Source of the DNA: a virus
Lineage: Duplodnaviria; Caudoviricetes
DNA: 64,000 bases
IMG/VR virus record: IMGVR_UViG_3300032290_001086
Direction: 5' to 3' (one strand)
In this document: positions 47,756 through 58,854 of the stretch, piece by piece
How positions within the stretch are numbered: position 1 is the first letter of the stretch
Layout: the number at the start of each line of letters is the position of its first letter
Translations under genes and position numbers: made by a program
Notes under the pieces: model-generated
Told to the model about the DNA's origin: nothing
Database searches by the model: none
The model's input: the letters and a program-made list of their open reading frames with translations, nothing else

Positions 47756-50244
47756 AATTTTTCACTAATGTTCAATTAATTGGGGACTCTATCTATTATA
47801 GGGGTTATAATGATGGGGAACAAGAAACCTTTAAGGAAAGGTTTTCTCCAACATTATTTGTTCCTTCTCCAAAGAAAACAAAATATAAAACATTAGATGA
47901 TGTCTACGTAAGTCCTTTAAAATTTGACAGAGTAAAAGAAGCAAGAGAATTTATAAAAAAATATGATGGTGTAGATAATTTTCAAATCTATGGATATGAA
48001 AGATTTCTTTCCCAATATGTAGCGGACACTTTTCCAGAAGAAGAAATTAAATTTGATATTAGTCAACTGAAAATCTATTGTCTAGATATTGAGGTTGCCT
48101 GTGAAAATGGATTTCCTAATGTTGAAGCAGCATCAGAAGAGATGCTATGTATCACAGTTAAAGACTTAAATTCTAAGCAAGTATATGTTTGGGGAACCAG
48201 AGAATATGAAGTTTCACGAAAGGATGTAGAATTTAAGGTATTTTGGACTGAACAAGAAATGTTAAAGAATTTCATTTCTTGGTGGGTGGATAATACCCCA
48301 GATATTATTACTGGATGGAACGTATATCTTTACGATATACCTTATATCATGCGAAGACTCGATAGGGTTCTAAACGAAAAATATGCAAAGTCTATGTCTC
48401 CATGGAGTTTGATTTCCAGTAGGGAGATTGTGGTTCGTGGTAGAACTCAAATTGTATATGAGTTGACGGGAATTTCCTGCCTTGATTATTATGATTTGTA
48501 TCAGAAGTTTACGTATACCAATCAAGAATCATATAGGCTAGACCATATTGGAATGGTAGAATTGGGTGAAAAAAAATTAGACCATAGTGAATTTGAAAAC
48601 TTCAAACAATTTTACACAGAAAATTGGCAAAAATTTGTTGATTACAACATCCGAGACGTTGAACTAGTCGAGAAGCTAGATGATAAGATGAAGTTGATAG
48701 AACTTTGTCTCACTATGGCATATGACGCAAAACAAAATTATGAAGATGTTTATTCTCAAGTAAAGACCTGGGATAATATTATCTTCAATTATTTGAAAAA
48801 GAATAACATTGTAGTTCCACCCAAAAAATCAAATAAGAAAGATTATGCATATGAAGGGGCTTATGTAAAAGACCCAATTCTAGGAAAACATGATTGGGTA
48901 GTTTCATTTGACTTGAACTCTCTGTATCCACATCTAATCATGCAATATAATATTTCTCCAGAAACTCTTCTTGATGAACGCATGAATGGTATTTCAGTAG
49001 ATAAACTTCTGAATCGGAAAGTAGATACTTCTTCTTTGGATTGTACTACTGTATGTCCAAATGGTGCTATGTATTCTACTCATGAGCAAGGATTTCTTCC
49101 TAAACTTATGCAGAAGACATATGAGGATAGAACTATCTACAAAAAGAAAATGATTGCTGCTAAGCAGCAGTACGAGAAGACTCCAACAATTGAGTTGAAG
49201 AAAGAGATTGCTCGCTGTAATAACATTCAGATGGCACGTAAGATTCAATTGAACTCTGCTTATGGTGCTATTGGTAATGAATATTTTAGGTATTTTCTAA
49301 TCACCAATGCAGAGGCTATTACTCTTTCTGGACAGCTTTCTATTCGCTGGATTGAAAAGAAGCTAAATGAATATATGAATAATATTCTAAAAACCAAGGA
49401 AGAAGATTATGTTATTGCTATTGACACTGATTCTATTTACCTCAATATGGGTCCTTTTGTTGAAGCTATATTCAAGGGAAGAGAAAAAACTACTGAAAGC
49501 ATTGTTTCGTTCATTGATAAGGTCTGTAGGTTGGAATTTGAAAAGCATATTGAAAGTTCTTACAAAGACTTGGCACAATACGTCAATGCATACGAACAAA
49601 AAATGAACATGAAGAGGGAGAACATTGCAGATAAAGGTATCTGGACTGCCAAAAAAAGATATATCTTAAATGTATGGGATTCTGAAGGAGTTCGATATGC
49701 TGAGCCTAAGATGAAAATCATGGGGCTTGAAACTGCAAGGTCTTCTACTCCTTCTTATTACAGAGATAAATTAATGAAGGCTTTTAAAATCATTCTCGCA
49801 CAAGATAATGATGCAGTAATTGAATTTATTAAAAAAATTAAAGAAGAAACTAAGATTCAAGATGTAGTTGACATTTCTTTCCCAAGAGGTCTCAACAACC
49901 TTGACAAATACAAGAATTCTGCTAAACTGTATTCGGAGAGGACCCCCATCCAGGTACGAGGAGCTATTCTCTATAACCATCTCATCAAAAAGCTAAAGCT
50001 ATCAAACAAGTATCCTTATATTCAAGAAGGAGAAAAAATTAAGTTCATTTATTTGAAAGAACCAAATCCTATTGGAGAGAATGTGATTTCGTATTTTCAG
50101 ACTCTTCCAGAAGAATTTGGATTGCATAAGTATATTGATTACAATATGCAATTTCACACAAGCTTCTTAAAACCATTAGAAAATGTTTTGAATGCTATTG
50201 GATGGGTATCTGAAAAACGTGGTACATTGGAAGGATTTATTTAA
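47752..50244 (+). CDS. gp43: Family B DNA polymerase gp43
   Basis: Exonuclease [27 protein letters not shown] and KKRY; uninterrupted. Confidence 0.98.
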   Translation: MKFFTNVQLIGDSIYYRGYNDGEQETFKERFSPTLFVPSPKKTKYKTLDDVYVSPLKFDRVKEAREFIKKYDGVDNFQIYGYERFLSQYVADTFPEEEIKFDISQLKIYCLDIEVACENGFPNVEAASEEMLCITVKDLNSKQVYVWGTREYEVSRKDVEFKVFWTEQEMLKNFISWWVDNTPDIITGWNVYLYDIPYIMRRLDRVLNEKYAKSMSPWSLISSREIVVRGRTQIVYELTGISCLDYYDLYQKFTYTNQESYRLDHIGMVELGEKKLDHSEFENFKQFYTENWQKFVDYNIRDVELVEKLDDKMKLIELCLTMAYDAKQNYEDVYSQVKTWDNIIFNYLKKNNIVVPPKKSNKKDYAYEGAYVKDPILGKHDWVVSFDLNSLYPHLIMQYNISPETLLDERMNGISVDKLLNRKVDTSSLDCTTVCPNGAMYSTHEQGFLPKLMQKTYEDRTIYKKKMIAAKQQYEKTPTIELKKEIARCNNIQMARKIQLNSAYGAIGNEYFRYFLITNAEAITLSGQLSIRWIEKKLNEYMNNILKTKEEDYVIAIDTDSIYLNMGPFVEAIFKGREKTTESIVSFIDKVCRLEFEKHIESSYKDLAQYVNAYEQKMNMKRENIADKGIWTAKKRYILNVWDSEGVRYAEPKMKIMGLETARSSTPSYYRDKLMKAFKIILAQDNDAVIEFIKKIKEETKIQDVVDISFPRGLNNLDKYKNSAKLYSERTPIQVRGAILYNHLIKKLKLSNKYPYIQEGEKIKFIYLKEPNPIGENVISYFQTLPEEFGLHKYIDYNMQFHTSFLKPLENVLNAIGWVSEKRGTLEGFI

Positions 50245-50264
50245 CATTTGTAACGGAGCAAACT

Positions 50265-51314
50265 ATGTCATTCTTAAATAGTGTAATTAAAGAATTAAAA
50301 AATGAATATGCAGGAATCGTTGACGAAGGAATTGCCGCAGGAGATTGCACAGGCTTTATTGATACTGGCAGTTATATCGTTAATGCTCTCATCAGCGGGA
50401 GCATTTACGGGGGCTTACCTGCTAATAAAATTACAGCTCTCGCTGGCGAAAGTAGTACTGGAAAAACTTTCTTTGCTCTTTCAATTGTAAAGCATTTTCT
50501 TCAATCAAATCCAGACGGTCAAGTTATCTACTTTGAGACTGAATCTGCAATCTCAAAGGATATGATGGTTACTCGTGGAATTGATACTAAACGTGTAGGT
50601 CTAGTTCCTGTAACTACAGTTCAAGAGTTTCGTACTCAATCTCTTAAAGTGGTTGAGGAGTATATGAAACTAAAGAAAGATGAACGTCCTCCACTAATGT
50701 TTGTGCTAGATTCTCTTGGTATGCTTTCTACCACTAAAGAAGTGGAAGATGCATCTGCAGGTAAAGAGACTCGTGATATGACTCGTGCTCAGATAATTAA
50801 GTCTGTATTTCGTATCCTGTCTCTAAAACTAGGTCAAGCAAATATTCCTCTAATTGTAACCAATCATACCTACGATGTAATTGGTTCAATGTATCCGTCT
50901 AAAGATATGGGTGGTGGTACAGGTCTTAAGTATTCTGCATCCACTATTATCTTCTTGTCTAAAGCAAAAGAGAAGGATGGAACTACTGTAGTTGGTAATA
51001 TTATTACATGCAGAGCACAGAAATCAAGGTTTACTAAGGAAAATTCAATGGTGCAAACCAGGCTGTTTTATGATGAACGAGGACTTGAACGCTATTATGG
51101 ATTACTGGAATTGGGTGAAAAGCACGGAGTTTTCACTAAATCTGGGACACGTTATGATATTGATGGTGGTAAGTATTATGGTAAGCAGATTCTTTCAGAC
51201 CCAGAACGATTCTTCACCCCCCAAGTAATGCAAGCTTTGGATGAATGTGCCAAAAAAGAATTTTCTTATGGTAGTATTGGTGTGCCAGATGAAGACGAAG
51301 GAGATGAATCTTGA
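50265..51314 (+). CDS. uvsX: RecA-like recombinase UvsX
   Basis: [22 protein letters not shown] and GGGTGLKY. Confidence 0.96.
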   Translation: MSFLNSVIKELKNEYAGIVDEGIAAGDCTGFIDTGSYIVNALISGSIYGGLPANKITALAGESSTGKTFFALSIVKHFLQSNPDGQVIYFETESAISKDMMVTRGIDTKRVGLVPVTTVQEFRTQSLKVVEEYMKLKKDERPPLMFVLDSLGMLSTTKEVEDASAGKETRDMTRAQIIKSVFRILSLKLGQANIPLIVTNHTYDVIGSMYPSKDMGGGTGLKYSASTIIFLSKAKEKDGTTVVGNIITCRAQKSRFTKENSMVQTRLFYDERGLERYYGLLELGEKHGVFTKSGTRYDIDGGKYYGKQILSDPERFFTPQVMQALDECAKKEFSYGSIGVPDEDEGDES

Positions 51315-52696
51315 TGGATAGAATTGAAATTAAAATTCTTTCAAATCTAATTTATAATGAAGCATTCACTAGGAAAGTAATTCCTTTTATTAAAGACTCA
51401 TATTTTGAATTGCTTTCTGAAAAAATTATATTTCAGGAGATTCATAAATTTGTTACAAACTATGATGATATTCCAACCAAGTCTGTTTTAAATATTGAAA
51501 TTGAAAACAGAAAAGATATTTCAGATGATGTATTTCAAACTTCATTGTCTGCAATAAATGAACTAAAGGAAGAGAAGTTTGATGAACAATGGCTATTAGA
51601 TACTACCGAAAAATGGTGTAAAGATAGAGCCATTTATTTGGCTCTACTAGACTCAGTTAAAATCGCAGACGGGAAGGATAAAACTAGAAGTAAGGATTCG
51701 ATTCCTTCTATCCTTTCCGATGCACTTGCAGTTTCATTTGATGACCATGTTGGTCATGATTACATTTCTGATTCCGACTCTCGATATGATTTCTATCACA
51801 AAAAAGAAGACAAAGTTCCCTTTGACCTTGAACTATTCAACAAAATTACAAAAGGTGGTCTGCCTAACAAGACTCTCAATATCGCTCTGGCTGGTACAGG
51901 TGTCGGGAAAAGTTTATTCATGTGCCATATGGCTAGCTCCGTCCTCCTGCAAGGGCGCAATGTTCTCTACATTACACTTGAAATGGCAGAGGAGCGGATT
52001 GCTGAAAGAATTGATGCGAATCTCTTGAATGTAAATATCAAAGATATTATGGATATTCCTAAAACTCTATACGAATCAAAGCTAACAAAGCTTGCAGAGA
52101 AAACTAGAGGAAGACTAATCATTAAGGAATATCCAACTGCATCTGCACATGTTGGACATTTTAAATCTCTGTTGAATGACCTCGCACTCAAAAAGGGATT
52201 TAAACCAGATATTATTTTTATTGACTATCTGAATATCTGTTCATCTTCTCGATACAAAGGAAGTATTGTTAACTCATATACTTTTGTAAAATCTATTGCG
52301 GAAGAGTTACGTGGTCTTGCTGTAGAATGTAATGTTCCTATTGTTTCTGCTACTCAAACAACTCGTAGTGGTTATGGCAACTCTGATGTTGAACTTACTG
52401 ATACCAGTGAATCTTTTGGTTTGCCAGCTACTGCTGACTTCATGTTTGCTCTTATTAGTACAGAAGAACTTGAGCAACTTGGTCAGATTATGGTAAAACA
52501 GTTAAAGAACCGATACAATGACCCAACCACATTCAAGAGGTTTGTGGTGGGGATTGACAGAGGGAAGATGAAGCTCTATAATGTAGAGGAAAGTGCTCAG
52601 AAAGGAATCACTGATTCTGGAAACAACTCAGATGATTCTGATTATGACACAAAATTCAAAAAACAAAGCCGAACTTTTGAAGGATTTAAAGTATGA
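51314..52696 (+). CDS. gp41: Replicative helicase gp41
   Basis: AGTGVGKS, ITLEMAE, IDYLN, SESFGLPATAD and KQLKNRY. Confidence 0.97.
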   Translation: MDRIEIKILSNLIYNEAFTRKVIPFIKDSYFELLSEKIIFQEIHKFVTNYDDIPTKSVLNIEIENRKDISDDVFQTSLSAINELKEEKFDEQWLLDTTEKWCKDRAIYLALLDSVKIADGKDKTRSKDSIPSILSDALAVSFDDHVGHDYISDSDSRYDFYHKKEDKVPFDLELFNKITKGGLPNKTLNIALAGTGVGKSLFMCHMASSVLLQGRNVLYITLEMAEERIAERIDANLLNVNIKDIMDIPKTLYESKLTKLAEKTRGRLIIKEYPTASAHVGHFKSLLNDLALKKGFKPDIIFIDYLNICSSSRYKGSIVNSYTFVKSIAEELRGLAVECNVPIVSATQTTRSGYGNSDVELTDTSESFGLPATADFMFALISTEELEQLGQIMVKQLKNRYNDPTTFKRFVVGIDRGKMKLYNVEESAQKGITDSGNNSDDSDYDTKFKKQSRTFEGFKV

Positions 52697-53133
52697 CAAA
52701 AAAACTAATTAGTCTAGATGCGTATCAGCAATTTGTTGGAGATACAACTAGCATTTACTCCAGCAACCCAGAAGAGTTTGTAAACAAAGTAAATGAACTT
52801 AGTCGTAAGTTGCCTGAAGACAACGTAAACGGGACTGGTGTTGACTTGAACCGACTTCTCACTGCTGCAATCGGTCTCACTGCTGAAGGTGGTGAATTTG
52901 CTGAAATTGTAAAGAAGATTGCATTTCAGGGTAAACCATATAACGACCAATCTCGTATTCATATGATTAAAGAGATGGGAGATGTGATGTGGTATATTGC
53001 TCAAGGTTGTATTGCTCTTGGAACTAATCTAGAAGAAGTCCTGGAAACTAACGTTGACAAACTCACTGCACGTTATCCTGAAGGTGCATTCCGAGTATTC
53101 CGTTCTGAAAATCGTCAAGAAGGAGACATTTGA
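52693..53133 (+). CDS. mazG: MazG-family NTP pyrophosphohydrolase
   Basis: GLTAEGGEFAEIVKK...KEMGDVMWY...NVDKLTARYP. Confidence 0.9.
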   Translation: MTKKLISLDAYQQFVGDTTSIYSSNPEEFVNKVNELSRKLPEDNVNGTGVDLNRLLTAAIGLTAEGGEFAEIVKKIAFQGKPYNDQSRIHMIKEMGDVMWYIAQGCIALGTNLEEVLETNVDKLTARYPEGAFRVFRSENRQEGDI

Positions 53134-53603
53134 TGTCTTTACGTGATGTCAGAGAGCACCCATTCAGAGATGGAATGAAAAGTGTAAATGACTCATTAAA
53201 AATGTTAGATGGGTTTTCTATGTTGGTTCCAGATTCTGAAATCAGTAGATACCAAAATTATTTGAATGCGGCTAAAAAATTTCTTCCATTATGTTCTGAC
53301 TTTATTGAAATAATTTATCATAATAAGAATTTTTATATATTCAAGATATTTGACCAGTTCATGTTTAAATATCCAAAGTCTAAACAAAATTTAGCAAATC
53401 CAAAAGAAATAACTGCTGCATTTATTGAATTTTATGTTAGACTTAGAAAACAACAAGTAAAAAAATTTGATAAAGAAAAGGACGATGGCTTTAAGTTTCT
53501 AGCAAGTAATACCACAAACATCTATAATACTCTTGTAGTTTATACAAATTTAATACGAGCAAGTTCCGTATTAATTGCAAATCCTGTAAGGTTTTCACAA
53601 TAA
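53133..53603 (+). CDS. Hypothetical protein
   Basis: ATG overlaps the mazG stop and has an AGGAG RBS. Confidence 0.6.
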   Translation: MSLRDVREHPFRDGMKSVNDSLKMLDGFSMLVPDSEISRYQNYLNAAKKFLPLCSDFIEIIYHNKNFYIFKIFDQFMFKYPKSKQNLANPKEITAAFIEFYVRLRKQQVKKFDKEKDDGFKFLASNTTNIYNTLVVYTNLIRASSVLIANPVRFSQ

Positions 53604-53642
53604 AACACAACTAAATAATAGATGTAGAAACACTTTCTTTTG

Positions 53643-54845
53643 ATGAAAACTTTTAGACAATTTGTAACTGAAGCTAGAACACCAGCAGGAAAGGAAGCAG
53701 AAAAGAAAGGTCTAGTTCATCTTGGAAAAGGATATTATTCCAATTCAAAAGGTGAAATAGTTGCTAAAAGTGAAATGGGGGGACAAAAACTTGTTCCAAT
53801 TTCTAAATCAGAAAAAAATAAAATCAAACAAGGTCTTCCTATTTCTGGTCCTCAATCCGCAGCTGATGTAGCTAACTCTGTAAACGCAGCTCCCGCAGGT
53901 TCTCCGCCTGCAGGGGCTGCTTCTGCTGTATCTGCTCAAGAACCTATACAGCCATCCGAAGGAGAAGGGCCAGCTATAGTAATTACATTCGGAAGGTTTA
54001 ATCCTCCTTCTCAGGGACATGAAAAATTACTTGCTTCTGTACAAGAACAGGCAGAAGAGCTAGAAGCCGAATACAGAATATATCCAAGTCGTGCATCAGA
54101 TAAAAAGCAAAATCCACTAGACTTCAAAACCAAATATAATATTCTACAACATGTATTTCCAGATTACGCAGAAAATATTATAAACGACCCAGAAAATGGA
54201 GATAATATTTATGATATTTTACAAGGATTACATGATGAAGGATACGAGCATGTAATTATTGTATGTGGTGATGAGAATGTTAAAAAATATCAAAAGATAG
54301 CAGAAAAATATAATGGAAGTGTTTATGATTTTTATGGTGTAGAAGTAGTTGGTGCTGGAATGGAAGATCCAGATGTAGATAAGTCTGAGGGCATTACTAG
54401 TTCTATGATGAGAAAAGCTGCATTGGAAAATGATTATGAGACTTTTAAAAAAGGTCTTCCTGGAAATGCAAGCAAAAAAGAGTGCAGAGCAATTTATATG
54501 CAAGTTCGTAAGTCAATGAATCTTAAAGAAGAACTTTGGAAAATATCTCCTTCTTTAGATTTAGAAAATTTACGTGAAGAATATTATCAAGGAAATATAT
54601 TTAATCTAGGAGAAACTGTTATTGATTGCAATACCGGAATCGACGGAAAAATTATTACTCGTGGTTCTAATTATGTAATCTTTGTTGATGAGCAGAAAAA
54701 AATTCATAGAACATGGATTAAAGATTTGAGTTATCACCCGAAAGTGTTAGAAATAGGAACGGATGATTATAGACAATATGTTCAAAGACTTACTCCTGGA
54801 GAAAAAGTTCAATCTTTTACTACAGCTAAACGAAAAGATAAATAA
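53643..54845 (+). CDS. Cytidylyltransferase-like (HxGH-family) nucleotidyltransferase with a CTS-like N-terminus
   Basis: ITFGRFNPPSQGHEKL, KQNPL and ITSSMMRKAA; starts MKTFRQFVTEA; ACTAAATA late promoter at 53610-53617. Confidence 0.8.
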   Translation: MKTFRQFVTEARTPAGKEAEKKGLVHLGKGYYSNSKGEIVAKSEMGGQKLVPISKSEKNKIKQGLPISGPQSAADVANSVNAAPAGSPPAGAASAVSAQEPIQPSEGEGPAIVITFGRFNPPSQGHEKLLASVQEQAEELEAEYRIYPSRASDKKQNPLDFKTKYNILQHVFPDYAENIINDPENGDNIYDILQGLHDEGYEHVIIVCGDENVKKYQKIAEKYNGSVYDFYGVEVVGAGMEDPDVDKSEGITSSMMRKAALENDYETFKKGLPGNASKKECRAIYMQVRKSMNLKEELWKISPSLDLENLREEYYQGNIFNLGETVIDCNTGIDGKIITRGSNYVIFVDEQKKIHRTWIKDLSYHPKVLEIGTDDYRQYVQRLTPGEKVQSFTTAKRKDK

Positions 54846-54872
54846 TAATAAATAAAGAACTTACAGAATAAA

Positions 54873-57455
54873 ATGGATTTATCTATTGTTTCACAGTTTA
54901 TGTCTCTAACTCCAGACATGATGTATAAAGCTACAAAACTTGTAGAGACTGCTAATGTACATTTTCCTGGAGATGTAGATTTACAAGAAAATTATTTGAG
55001 AGAAAATTTAATTGATACTACTCTAGAATATGCTCTTACCCTTCTAGAGAATCAGAAAGTAAGAGATTATATGAATGTTGCTGTATACACAGACGGTAGA
55101 ACATTCAGTGCCCCAACATTAGCAATTTATAATGTTGGCTCTATGCCAGAAATTAAACAAAGAATTCAATCTAAATTGAATTCAAAAACTGAAGCATTAG
55201 ATCCAGTTGGTCAAGAAGATGCTGATATTGATAATGATGGTAAGAAAAATGATAAGAATGATAAGTACATTCGCAAACGCAGATCCGCAGTAGCTGCTGC
55301 AATTTCTAAGCGTAGACAGCGTACTGAAGATGTAGATTACGTTGCTGAACTTTGGAAAGGTAGACACGGACAATCTGAAAAAGAATATCAGGCTGGACGT
55401 TCCGACGCAGGTAAAAGAATTTCTGGAGATGAAAAAACTGGACCAAACTATTACACTAAGGGTCGTGCAAGAGGAGCAACACCAGATGCTCCAACTGCTC
55501 CTGGTGCAAAGCCAAAGAATACTCCAAAACTTAGCAGCTCCGAAAAAGAATATCATCAATATAATAAGAGCGGTGCTAAGCGTAGAGCTGAATATAATAA
55601 AGTAGGTGGTTCTAAAGGTCTTCCTGAAGAGTTTGCTACAGAAGCCAAGAATAAGCAAGGTAAAGAGCAAGGTTCTGACGGCAAAGCTTGCTGGAAAGGT
55701 TATAAGTATGCTGGCACTGAAAATGGTAAAGATAAGTGTGTGAAGATGGAAGATGTTGCAGAAATCGCAACAGAATATTTTATGAACGAAGGACTCAACG
55801 AATACGGTATTGATATTCTAATTGAGGAGATGGGTCTAGATGATTTCTGTGATTTTGTGAATGAAATTTCCGATGAGTATATGCTCAGCGAAGCAAGAAC
55901 TTTAGTCGGAAAGAAAAAAACTGCAGCTACTGGTAAGGCCAGAGGAGTTTCTTTAAAAGCAGCTCCAGGTAAAACTACAAAAGCTGCGGTTGCAAAATAT
56001 GGAACCACCAGAAAACTATCTGGTTCAAGTTCTTCGGGGACTATTAAAAAGGTAGCTAAAAAGCAACCAGAAACTAAATCAACTCCAGTACAAACTAAAG
56101 AAAAAGCAAAAGGTGGTATTCTTGGAGCACTTAAAGCTAGAGCACAAAAGGATATTGCATCTGTTAGACAATCAGTAAACACAGCAAGACAAGTAGGTGC
56201 AAGACGTGCAGCAGAAGTTAAAGCAACTTATGATGCGGTTAGATCGAAAGGTAAGGAAGCAGAAAAATCAGCAGCAGCAACCAGGGCAAGAAGACAAGCA
56301 ACTGTTGCGGTTGGTAGAGCAGCTCAGCAAGCAGGTAGAACTGCAGTCAAGGCTGCAGGAGCTGCTGGTGCGGCTGCAGGAGAAGCAGTAAAGGCCAAAA
56401 AGTCTGGTAAGACTGCTGCTCAAGTGGCAGGAAGAGCTGCTGGAACTTTTGTTAAAAAAATGACAAAAGAAGAAAAAGAACTTTTAACTCAATACTTCAT
56501 TGAGGCTGAAATTGCATTTGATTATGATGAAGTTCAAGAAATTTTTGAATCATTAGACCAAGAGCATTTTGAATATTTTCTAGATGAAGCAATGTCTTTA
56601 GTTGTAGAAGATTCTCCATCTGCTATTGATGTTATTCAAGAAACTTTAAATAGATCTTATGATTTATCAAATTTTAATTTTACTGATTGGAGAACTTTAC
56701 TTGAAATTCATTCAAGTGATGAAGCTACCAGTAAATTTGTAAAGAAAACATCTTCTGCAACTTCTAACCGTCATGTTGAAATGAAAGGAAAGAAAAAAGA
56801 TGGTGTAATTATTAATCCTAAAGCATTCACCACTGTAGAGGAAGTTGAACAGATTGATGAAGTTTCTCCTCCAGGTGCTAAGTTCAAAAGAATGGCTAAG
56901 CACATCAAAGCTGGATATGCTGAAGATGGATTAACTAAAAAAGAAAAGGGAATTGCTTTTGCAACTGCATGGAAAGAATATAAGAAACAGCAAAAGGAAC
57001 AAGCAGATCCAGAAGCAGCTAAAACTGCAGCACAAGGTCAGCAAAAAATGAAAGTACAACAGCAAATGCAGAGAAAGCAACTAATGCTTCAACAGCAAAG
57101 GCTTCAAATGCAAAAGCAAGGTAAACTTCCAGTGGGTCACATGGAAGAAGTTGAGAACCTAGATGAACTCAATCGTTATGAAAAGGAAACTGGAACATCT
57201 TCTGGTTCTCTCAATATGCCAAAGGGAAGGCCAACCCAAAAAGGTGGAGAAACTAATCCTGCACTCAGATCAGTTAGACAAACCATGCGTAAGATGACTG
57301 GAACACCTGCAGGACAGCAGAAAAAAGTTCCTGGTAAAAAGCCACCTGCAGCGGGTGAATATGGTTCTGGTGTAAAATCTCCTGCTCAAAAAGTAGCACA
57401 ACGTCGTGCTACAGCACAAAGAGCACAAGATAATATGTCTTCTAGATTTGATTGA
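54873..57455 (+). CDS. Large modular low-complexity protein, probable internal head protein
   Basis: Basic modules (LDPVGQEDADIDNDG, ACWKGYK, Ala/Lys/Arg-rich, Gln/Met-rich) separated by acidic xxE linkers; GATAAATA upstream. Confidence 0.65.
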   Translation: MDLSIVSQFMSLTPDMMYKATKLVETANVHFPGDVDLQENYLRENLIDTTLEYALTLLENQKVRDYMNVAVYTDGRTFSAPTLAIYNVGSMPEIKQRIQSKLNSKTEALDPVGQEDADIDNDGKKNDKNDKYIRKRRSAVAAAISKRRQRTEDVDYVAELWKGRHGQSEKEYQAGRSDAGKRISGDEKTGPNYYTKGRARGATPDAPTAPGAKPKNTPKLSSSEKEYHQYNKSGAKRRAEYNKVGGSKGLPEEFATEAKNKQGKEQGSDGKACWKGYKYAGTENGKDKCVKMEDVAEIATEYFMNEGLNEYGIDILIEEMGLDDFCDFVNEISDEYMLSEARTLVGKKKTAATGKARGVSLKAAPGKTTKAAVAKYGTTRKLSGSSSSGTIKKVAKKQPETKSTPVQTKEKAKGGILGALKARAQKDIASVRQSVNTARQVGARRAAEVKATYDAVRSKGKEAEKSAAATRARRQATVAVGRAAQQAGRTAVKAAGAAGAAAGEAVKAKKSGKTAAQVAGRAAGTFVKKMTKEEKELLTQYFIEAEIAFDYDEVQEIFESLDQEHFEYFLDEAMSLVVEDSPSAIDVIQETLNRSYDLSNFNFTDWRTLLEIHSSDEATSKFVKKTSSATSNRHVEMKGKKKDGVIINPKAFTTVEEVEQIDEVSPPGAKFKRMAKHIKAGYAEDGLTKKEKGIAFATAWKEYKKQQKEQADPEAAKTAAQGQQKMKVQQQMQRKQLMLQQQRLQMQKQGKLPVGHMEEVENLDELNRYEKETGTSSGSLNMPKGRPTQKGGETNPALRSVRQTMRKMTGTPAGQQKKVPGKKPPAAGEYGSGVKSPAQKVAQRRATAQRAQDNMSSRFD

Positions 57456-57491
57456 ACTAAATATAGATAGATCTACTTTTAGGAGGACACC

Positions 57492-57665
57492 ATGGGAGCA
57501 CTTGTAGAATTAGTAAAACCATTACTACTAGCAGCTATGAACAGCTGCCATACAAAAAAATTAGTATGTGATTTACTTGACCGTTATGTTAACACTACAG
57601 ATAATGACATTGATAATGTAATTGCTACAACTGTAAGAACTGCGCTTCTTAGAGATTGTAAGTGA
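57492..57665 (+). CDS. 57-aa small protein with TDNDIDN motif (not in track)
   Basis: Strong AGGAGG RBS and CTAAATA upstream; MGALVELVKPLLLAAMNSCHTKKLVCDLLDRYVNTTDNDIDNVIATTVRTALLRDCK. Confidence 0.75.
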   Translation: MGALVELVKPLLLAAMNSCHTKKLVCDLLDRYVNTTDNDIDNVIATTVRTALLRDCK

Positions 57666-57811
57666 TTGAATGTTTAATAGTTAACTTTGGGTTTACTATA
57701 TTATTAGCATTTTGTTTAGCTTTATCTGAATGGTTAGGTTCTAATTCAAAGATAAAATCAAATAGTATATACCAGTTAATTAACACATTTTTAAAACATT
57801 TAAATAAATGA
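57662..57811 (+). CDS. 49-aa single-TM membrane protein (not in track)
   Basis: GTGA overlap with the upstream stop; MIECLIVNFGFTILLAFCLALSEWLGSNSKIKSNSIYQLINTFLKHLNK; ends just before a terminator. Confidence 0.6.
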   Translation: MIECLIVNFGFTILLAFCLALSEWLGSNSKIKSNSIYQLINTFLKHLNK

Positions 57812-57815
57812 CTCA

Positions 57816-57846
57816 TGGGGAGGTGACTCCCCATTTTTTATAAATA
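57816..57846 (+). terminator. Terminator followed by late promoter TATAAATA (57839-57846)
   Basis: ATGGGGAG-gtga-CTCCCCAT plus a T-run that runs into TATAAATA. Confidence 0.8.
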
Positions 57847-57879
57847 CTAATAGAAAAAATATTTTTCAGAGGATTTCTA

Positions 57880-58485
57880 ATGTCTCTATACGGAAGAACT
57901 GATTCAAATGCTAATAAAGCAAAAGTTGAGTCTACAATTTCAGCCTCATCCCAAGCTAAGACAATTGTGTTTGTTGATGAAACTGAAGCAGCTCTAAACG
58001 AAAACCGTCAGCGTGGTATTGATGGTCCTGGTTGGTGGTCATATTTTACATACACTGATGATGCAGGAAATACTCGCCATAAAGCAGAAAAGCTAGTAGC
58101 TCTTTCTAATCCAGATACAAATGCGAACGAAACTCAGTCTGACGATACTATTGCTGCAGACGCTGCATCTGCAGTAACAATTACTGCACAACCTGCAAAT
58201 GTAACTGGTGCTTCTACTCCTTACACTGGAACTTTCTCAGTTACTACTTCTACAACTGGTACTCCTGGAACACTTGCATACCAATGGCAGTATCAAACTG
58301 CAACTGGTACACGTTGGATTAATCTAACCAATGCTGGTGTGTTCTCTGACGCAACGACTGATACTCTTACTCTTACCTCTGCTGCTAAAGCAACATACAA
58401 TGGATATAAGTTCCGTGTGAAGATTACATCTGCTGGTGGTACTGAAGAAGTTACTTCATCAACAGCTACACTAACTTATGCATGA
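57880..58485 (+). CDS. Virion protein with a C-terminal Ig-like domain
   Basis: ITAQPANVT...FSVT...LAYQWQ...TLTLT...NGYKFRVKI Ig-like pattern; late promoter upstream. Confidence 0.75.
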   Translation: MSLYGRTDSNANKAKVESTISASSQAKTIVFVDETEAALNENRQRGIDGPGWWSYFTYTDDAGNTRHKAEKLVALSNPDTNANETQSDDTIAADAASAVTITAQPANVTGASTPYTGTFSVTTSTTGTPGTLAYQWQYQTATGTRWINLTNAGVFSDATTDTLTLTSAAKATYNGYKFRVKITSAGGTEEVTSSTATLTYA

Positions 58486-58491
58486 TAACAA

Positions 58492-58854
58492 ATGAGATTT
58501 ACTGAATTGAATGAAGATAACTTTTTGTTATTTGCAATTAAAAATTATGATAATCCAAATGCAATGACAAAAGATGATTTTTTTGAGGACCTGAAAAAAT
58601 TTAAGTATATTAAAAGATTACTTAAGCGATACGATAAAACAGGTGTTCTTAAAACTCATCTTTTGTTAAATCATATAATTGTCATTTATAATATATTTGG
58701 TGATGCCGCAACTCCAATATTATTTTTTAAAGTGGACAAACAATATTGGTCTCCATTGAAATCGTTTATGGTCTTCTTGAATAGAATTGAGGAGGAAACA
58801 TTAAAAGAAGTACAAATAGATTCTTATTGTTTAGAGGAATTAACAAAGATATGA
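58492..58854 (+). CDS. Conserved T4-like hypothetical protein
   Basis: ELNEDNFLLFAIKNYDNP...FFEDLKKFKYIKRLL...LLLNHII. Confidence 0.8.
   Translation: MRFTELNEDNFLLFAIKNYDNPNAMTKDDFFEDLKKFKYIKRLLKRYDKTGVLKTHLLLNHIIVIYNIFGDAATPILFFKVDKQYWSPLKSFMVFLNRIEEETLKEVQIDSYCLEELTKI

Noticed and set aside
55197-56903. Minus-strand ORFs of 157-160 aa opposite the 860-aa gene
   Set aside because: Antisense shadows of low-complexity coding sequence.
57649-57834. 61-aa minus-strand ORF
   Set aside because: It overlaps the better supported + strand 49-aa ORF and the terminator.
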